A stretch of 64,000 nucleotides of DNA from Octopus vulgaris (taxonomy: Eukaryota), in contig OX597816.1 in the NCBI GenBank assembly GCA_951406725.2, positions 117,118,001 to 117,182,000 of the forward strand, given 5' to 3'. Positions 56,596-64,000 of this stretch are shown piece after piece; positions within the stretch are counted from its first letter, which is position 1; each line of letters begins with the position of its first letter. The translations under genes and the position numbers were made by a program. The notes beneath the pieces are model-generated. The model ran no database searches and was not told the origin of the DNA. It worked only from the letters and a program-made list of their open reading frames with translations.

Positions 56596-57903
56596 GCCAG
56601 TGTCGCATAACTGGCCCATTTAAAAGTACCCTTCAATCATCTGGCAATATGCTGTGCTTGAGAAGACCTGTTGAGTCAAGTGAAATCATAGTCGTGGCCA
56701 ATGTCAGTGTCACCTGACTGAGACTCATGCCGGTGGCACATAAAAAGCACCATTCGAGCATGACCGATGCCAGTGCTGCCTGACTGGCACCTGTGCCAGT
56801 GACACATAAAAAGCACCATTCAATGCCAATAGTGCTTGACTGAAAAAGCACCCACTACACTCTCAGAGTGGTTGACGTTAGGAAGGGCATCCAGCTGTAG
56901 AAACCTTGCCAGACCAAATTGGAGTCTGGTGCAGCTTTCTGCCTTGCCAGTCCTCAGTCAAACCATCCAACCCATGCTAGCATAGAAAGCGGACATTAAA
57001 CAACGACGATGACAACGGCGGCGGCGGCGGCGACGACTATTATTATTATTATTATTATTTAATTATTTCACAATACAAATATCTATTATATCATGAAATT
57101 TGCCATTTTCTGCTTCAAGTGCATATAGCGTCTTTCACATTTTATTTATTCTTTTAGTATGTGTCCCTTTATGTCTCTTTAATTTTACTATAATCCTAGA
57201 GTTTTTCATATGTGTGCAGTAATATTTCATATAAGAGTGCTGTTTTTGTATGTGACATAGGATAATCTTAGTTTAGAATATATTTCTATAATTTTTATCA
57301 AACTTAGAGCTCCTAGCATTACTTGAATGTTATAAGTTTTCAATTTTATTTATTTCTAAGTATTTTCTCCATTTATTTCCATCCTTCTCTACTAGACAAT
57401 TACTCTCGACTCTCCAAAGTGTTGTCGTATGTTAGGATTTAAACTTCTACAAACACATTTTTTTTTTATGTCTAGGATCCTCAATATCTGGATCAATCAA
57501 ATGGTGATAAAATACTGGCATTAATACTGTGCCTAAGAAATATTCTGTGGCAATACTATAGTACTATAGTAAATGAAAACTAATAAATAAAAACAATGAA
57601 GTTTCAATTATCTGAACTATCATTTAATGATGGAAGAGTGAATAAACTTATTAAGGACATTGTACCCAATCAATTAGCAATCACTACCCAAGGACACCGA
57701 CCAGATTTGGAAGACTTAAAGAAATCTTTTAGATAACAGCCCAATCCTCTGCTTGGTAGCTATAAAAAATTTTGTATGACCACTGTGAAGTAGCTTCGGG
57801 TCAAGGACATGTCTCAGCAGCATAGAATATGATGAATGCACTATCAAGTACTGAGCAATTTAAATAGTACTTTATTTACTTAGTATGTGGTTTTTATGGT
57901 TGC

Positions 57904-58096
57904 TTAACCCTTTTAGCTTTTAAACCAGCCATTTCCAGCCAAAATATTCTCCTTATTCTCCTTGTTTTATATTCAAATTGGCTCACGCCAACCCTACAAT
58001 GTTAGTCTAAAAGTATAGTCACATAATTGAAATTTCAAAGTTACAAGATAACACAATAAATTCAAAACAAGAATAATTTGAATGCTCAAGGATTAA
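57904..58096. mobile_element. Decayed piggyBac-type MITE
   Basis: TTAA-cccttttagc ... aatgctcaagga-TTAA. Confidence 0.5.
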
Positions 58097-58957
58097 GCAG
58101 TTAAAAATTTACTGTTCTAAGTTCTGGCACTTGCTGTGAAATATTAGAATTATTGCTCTTAATGTCCCACTCTTGTGAGAAGTTAGACATTAATTTCATT
58201 AGCAATCATTTTGCATAACTGAATGTGAGTATGCATTTTAAAAATTCTATATTTTAATAATGGTGCCCCAAAATGCCATAGCCTCCTGAGGATGGAACAT
58301 ATAAAGGAATAAAAGAATACAAGAAGTCAAACTAGAAATATTGACCCTTTTCTCAATCACAAAGATTAAAAGGAACAGATCTTATTGCCAATTTTCACAG
58401 AGTTAAATACATGAGAGAGATATGGGTTACCTTAAAAAAGGAAATTAATATACATCAGGTAACTTTACACAGTATAAAAAAATTGTACTCAGTACAACAA
58501 GCTCCACAGAACTACAATTGCTTACAGTGGTAAACTATATCACTTTATCAGTGCTTAAAGCAAGGTGAACTCTGTCATTGAGAGCTAAATACCTTGACCA
58601 CAAAGCAGTGCTGGTGACAGAGCATTAACTGCTAACCACTCTTTCTCCTCAATGTTGTTCAATACATATACATACCCAACTATTTATGGTTTCTATATTC
58701 AAGTTTGTAATGTCAAACTAATTATGATACCATCCCAAATGTAAATAAAACAGACAACAGTTCAATGAATTCACTTGCACAATGTTAAAGCTAACAATTC
58801 CTCATCAAACAAGAAGGATTTATAGTTAAGTCCTTACCTCACATACAAATTAACTGCATGAGAAATTCTATGAGAAATTTCCATGTACTTTGAAGAGAAA
58901 TGTAATTAAGAAAAACTGAATAACTGAAAGCTTACTAATATAGACATAGGGCAATGT

Positions 58958-59273
58958 TTAACCCCTTACCTGGCAGAAACGAATATATGCGTTTTGACAG
59001 AAATCGTTTTTTTCTATCTCTGGCGAGTTAACTCGTCAAAAGATAGACTCGCCAAAATCAACAGCAAACGAGTTCCTTCGTCTAAAAACAGGTTAACTCG
59101 TTTCTGCCCAAAGTGGTAATTTAAAATCAATATTATTGAATTAAAATTCATAATAAATAAGGTTTGAAATATACCTCGAAATCACCATTCAAAACATAGT
59201 AAAATAAAACAATTAAAAAATATGTCTGAAAAAATACATTTATTTTCAAAATAATTGTTGGGTAAGGGGTTAA
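58958..59273. mobile_element. piggyBac-type MITE
   Basis: TTAA-CCCCTTACC ... GGTAAGGGG-TTAA, giving a TTAA TSD and CCC/GGG termini. Internal gagttaactcg repeats are present. Confidence 0.8.
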
Positions 59274-62200
59274 AATGTTTGAAAATTAAGTTCTTAATGA
59301 ACCATAACAGTGTTTTGGCAATAAATTATTGATATGATTAACAAACAAAAATGCTTGATAATTATTTGACCATATGTATATGATATATAAACACTTAGCT
59401 TAGCTTGATTCGTGAAATACTTTTTTTAAAAAGTGTATAGATGTCAACATGGTGGATAAATATTCAGAAATAAAACCAAATAAATCATTTTAACATAAAT
59501 GAATAACCATGCTAACTAAATTACTACATCAATCAACCTTTTTATTACTAGTTTCTCATTAATATGTAATCTCCTTAATTGAAAATAAAATAAACTTTAC
59601 CAAAGCCTAATTGAAAGAAGTAAGTGTTCTCATCAGTTTAATCAACTGCTCTCAATGCTACTCAATAACAATCCATTTCATCTAACTTCTCACTTTAACA
59701 TCTTTGTTAGTTAACCTTGCCAGCATTCATGTCATGTTTCAAAATCATTTGAACTCAAATCATATTTAATAGAAGAATCAGAACTGCTATGCATTAAGTG
59801 AATTTGTTTTATCCGCCTTCAGTGAAGTCCATACTAGTGAGGCAAGTTTTATCATCTCATATAATGCTCTACTTTTGATATCCTTCAGTTTGATAGCTCC
59901 CATTTAGAACTACTATTTTTTTGTCTGGTGATATCCAGAGAGGAAGCTCTCTGAATGAATCTTTCATTTGTTCATCTCCCTGTTGAAATACTGCCGTCCA
60001 TTAACATTTACACTTTCTACAATAAGCTACTTCAACAGAAAATTATAAGAAAAGACCCAAGAATCTTAGCCGACAAGGAAGAGATGCTTTTATGTATTTT
60101 TTATTTTTCTTTAATTGTTTTTAATGGTTAAATCTTCTAGGAGACCTCTGAAATTTGAGGAGGAAATGGAAAAAGAGACAGATTCATAAGGTTCTCCTCA
60201 ACCCAGACTCTTGTCAGAATAATTGCAATAGAGTGGACTCTTTCTAATGATGGGTAGTTGGTGGTGTTAAACTGATCAGCAACAGAATAAGTTTATACCA
60301 CCTAAGAAAAACTACAGTCCATTTGACAAGCTTTTGCATAGTTTCCATCTAACCAATTTCACTCATAAGACTTTCGTTGACCCGAAGCTGTGATAAAAGA
60401 AACTTACATAAAGTAGTATGTAATGGATTCAAACTTAGAACCATGCCATACCTGCATTCATTATGCACAAAAAGTGGTTAGTTTGACCATCAAAATGCTC
60501 TGCAATAACTACCATTGTAATAACAGCTGTCACATTTTTATACATTTATCACTATCTGAGACCTGTAAATTGTGATACAGCTGAACTGGGTCTTCTGCCT
60601 AAGATCGTTAAGTTGAGACACTGTTTTACCAACATCTACCAAAATCTTTTACTAATTGAGATCTAGGGCCTTTCACTTTCTGTGACATGTAAGTAGGGAC
60701 ACCATTTAATAGCACCCTACTAAAATAACAACAATGGTTTCAAATTTTAGCACAATATCAGCAATTTTAGAGGGCTAAGTCAATTACATTCCCTCACCCA
60801 CCCATTACCTGACTGGTACTTATTTCATATATCCTGAAAGGATGAAAAGCAAAGTCAATTTTGGCAGAATCTGAACTCAGAACATAAAGAGCTTGAAGAA
60901 ATGCTACTAAACATTTTGTCCAATCTGCCAACAATTTTGTTAGCTCAACACCTTAATAATAATTTTTTAACACAGACACAAGGTCACTAATTAGAAGGGA
61001 GGATAGAATCAATAATATTGATATCAGTTCTTGGTTGGTAATTTATATATCAATCCTCAGAGAATTAAAAAGCAAGATTAACCTCGATGATATTGGAACT
61101 TTGGAAATAAAGGAATATAAATAACCCATGCAGGACATTTTACCTGACGCTCAACTGCTTTTGTTACCCTCTGCTAATAATAATAATTGTTTCGAAAACA
61201 GTCATAAAGCCTGAAATTTTCAGGGATAGGGTTCATCAATTAAATTGGTTCTAATATTTAACTAGTACTTTATTCCATCAACCCCAAATGGATGGATGAA
61301 AGGTAAAGTTGATCTCAGCTAGAATTTAACTCATAACTACATATTGCAACTCATTATTTATCTCTCTGATTAGACAGTCAAATTTGAAGACACAAAGTAT
61401 ATTCAACTGAATATATATATATTCATCATCATCACCATTTAAGTCCAATTTTCCTTGCTTGGATGGGTCAGGTGGAATTTGTTAAGGCAGATTTTCTATA
61501 GCCAGATGCCCTTCCCATCACCAACCCTAAACTGTATCACAATTTACAGGTCTCAGATAGTGATAAATATATAAAAATGTGACAGCTCTGTTATTTCAAT
61601 GGTGGCAATTGCAGAGCATTTTGATGGTCAAACTAACCACTGGTAATATCTTCTCATAGCTAGACAAGCTTTTCATGGAAATGAACAACCTCTCATGTAT
61701 GACAATGGCAGTGATAGTAGTTGATATTTCCGGGTCAATTCTATTTTGACTAGGGATAAGATATTTTCCTTCATAAAATTTCAATCTCTGAAGAGGTAAT
61801 GAACTGAGTTCCTATAAATAGCTGCTAAATCTCCCTGGATCATAACCTACCATTTTAGAAAAGAAAGGAATCATGTATCCAGATAATGTAGTCATGAATA
61901 CAGTAAACTTGAAACAAAGATAGGACTGTCAAAGCTTGAACATCCTTCATCATAGGAACATCCTTCATCATAGGTCTGTTATATCAGGGTTGATCTGAAC
62001 TAAACAACAACAACAGTCATATAACTGAGGAAAAATCTTTAGTAAAAGAATCTTTAGTTACTCAAGTTACAAAATGATAGACAATCTGAATAGCTAGCTA
62101 GTTTGAAGTTCTGATCATTTTATTGGAATGTAGAGCCATAAGATTTTTGATGGGTAGGGTCAAATATAATCAGACTATAAGTAAAGTATCCCTAAAGAAC

Positions 62201-64000
62201 AAAATGTGTTGTTCTTATTCGCAAAACTAGACATATAGCCACTGTTTTAACCCTTATTCAAGCAAAAGAAAAGTGGAATAGAAAAAAATATATATAGATA
62301 TATATATATACATATAATACTTAGCAACGTGTTTTTCATCAATATTTACCTCACATAAGCATGACTTCTTTTAATCAGATGCATCCATCAGTGGATGACT
62401 AACCAGCCACTATTGATTAAGCATAACTGTAAAGAACATAAACAGAAATATAAGAAGGAAATACTTTCAAGTTAAAATTTAGCATTGGTGCCAAAATGTC
62501 TTTGGCCGCATTATAGCAAGATCCTATCCTTTTTTATTCGTCCACAATTTCACATAAAACTAAGGAAAAATCTTTTGTAAAAGAATCTTTAGTTGCCCAA
62601 GTTACAAAATGATAGACAATCTAGGTAGCTAGCAATTTTGCTTTGCTACATACATAAAGCAGTGGTTCTCAAAATGTTCACTTATATCTAAATGAATTTT
62701 TCTACAGATCAAATTCTTTTGAAATGTCTATCTATTCAACAAATTCTGATTTGAACTCATAGACCTCCTCATAGACTTCCAGGAGTTAGCAGTCCCCAGG
62801 TATTTCATCCGTCTTTATGTTCTGAGTTCAAATTCTGCCGAGGTCAATTTTGCCTTTTACCCTTTTTGAAATAAAATACGTACCAGTAGAGCACTGGGAT
62901 CAATATAATAAACTTACCAAAATTTCTGGCCTTGTGCCAAAATTTGAAACCAATATATTGTGATTATGAAATATCTACAGAAATAAAAATAATGAGATTA
63001 TCATCATCATTGTTATTACTGGTCACTTTTCCATATATGCATGGGTCAGAGGGAATCCACTGAGGCAGATGGCTTGCTGTTGCCAACCCTCACTTGTTTC
63101 TAAGTAAGGTAATATTTTCCTATGGAAAAGTGACCATTATAACAATGATGATGATAATCACATTATTATTTTTTTTCTGTAAATATTTCATAATCACAAT
63201 ATATTGGTTTCAAATTTTGGCACAAGGCCAGAAACAAGGGACTCCATTTGTATGATACTGATGCTCAATTATTCAATGATATCAAGACACCACAGGCAGA
63301 CATGCACACATACACACATATACATGCATGCAACAGACTTCTTTCAGCTTCTGTCTTCCAAATCCACTCACAAGGCTATGGTCAGTCGAAAGCTATAGAA
63401 AACACCAGCCCAAGATGTTGCAGTGGGATTGAACTCAAAACCATACAGGCTGTAAGTGAATATCTTAACCAGGAAGTCATGTTTGCACCTTTATTACTAA
63501 TAATATATAAGTAACTTGTAATTAAAAAAACCTTGATGTAAACTGTATTACTGCAAAACTATTAAAAATTTTGTTAATATTTATATAGAAACAGTTTTTC
63601 CCCCAGTTATTTTACCCCTAATTCTTTATTGCATATGTAGTGCATTCAGTAATATATACATTCCTAAATGTTGTTGACATCAAATTTAACTCTTCATGTG
63701 GTAGGCCCCTCATCTGGGATGTCACATGCTATGACACCTTCTCCAGCAACAACTTGGTGTATTCAGCTACCAGCCCAGGTTCCACTGATTGTCGTCATCA
63801 TCATCATCATCGTTCAACGTCCACTTTCTATGCTAGCATGGGTTGGACGATTTGACTGAGGACTGGCGAACCAGATGGCTGCACCAGGCTCCAATCTGAT
63901 CTGGCAGAATTTCTACAGCTGGATGCCCTTCCTAACGCCAACCACTCTGAGAGTATAATGGGTGCTTTTACGTGCCACCGGCACGAGGGCCAGTCAGGTG

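Noticed and set aside
58962-58975. Consensus donor CAG|GTAAGG on the minus strand as the 5' UTR exon of the zinc-finger gene
   Set aside because: It lies in the terminal repeat of a piggyBac-type MITE and has no independent support. The real upstream exon and promoter could not be located.

Overview
Eukaryotic, AT-rich and dense in microsatellites, most likely from an octopus or related coleoid cephalopod. This is inferred from the SINE families and the (TA)n/(CA)n/(TATG)n density; it is not proven. One host gene is supported: a minus-strand C2H2 zinc-finger gene with three coding exons (52558-52015, 48613-48429, 44015-43152), 530 aa and 4 fingers, resembling the ZNF362/ZNF384/rotund/lin-29 family. 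The rest is transposon debris: mariner copies and MITEs, piggyBac-type MITEs, non-autonomous Helitrons, RTE and CR1 LINE fragments, a Gypsy RNase H relic, three R4/Dong-type RLE retroelements in microsatellites, and many tRNA-derived SINEs. Penelope-like remnants with inverted arms carry hammerhead ribozyme motifs; one looks intact (18504-18575). The most notable signals are this hammerhead/Penelope set, a perfect 168-bp spacer-less palindrome and two other fold-backs in the zinc-finger introns, an in-frame alternative donor that would remove finger 4, and R4-type elements with two different microsatellite contexts. Most ORFs in the track are microsatellite translations. Repeat boundaries were read by eye and are approximate.
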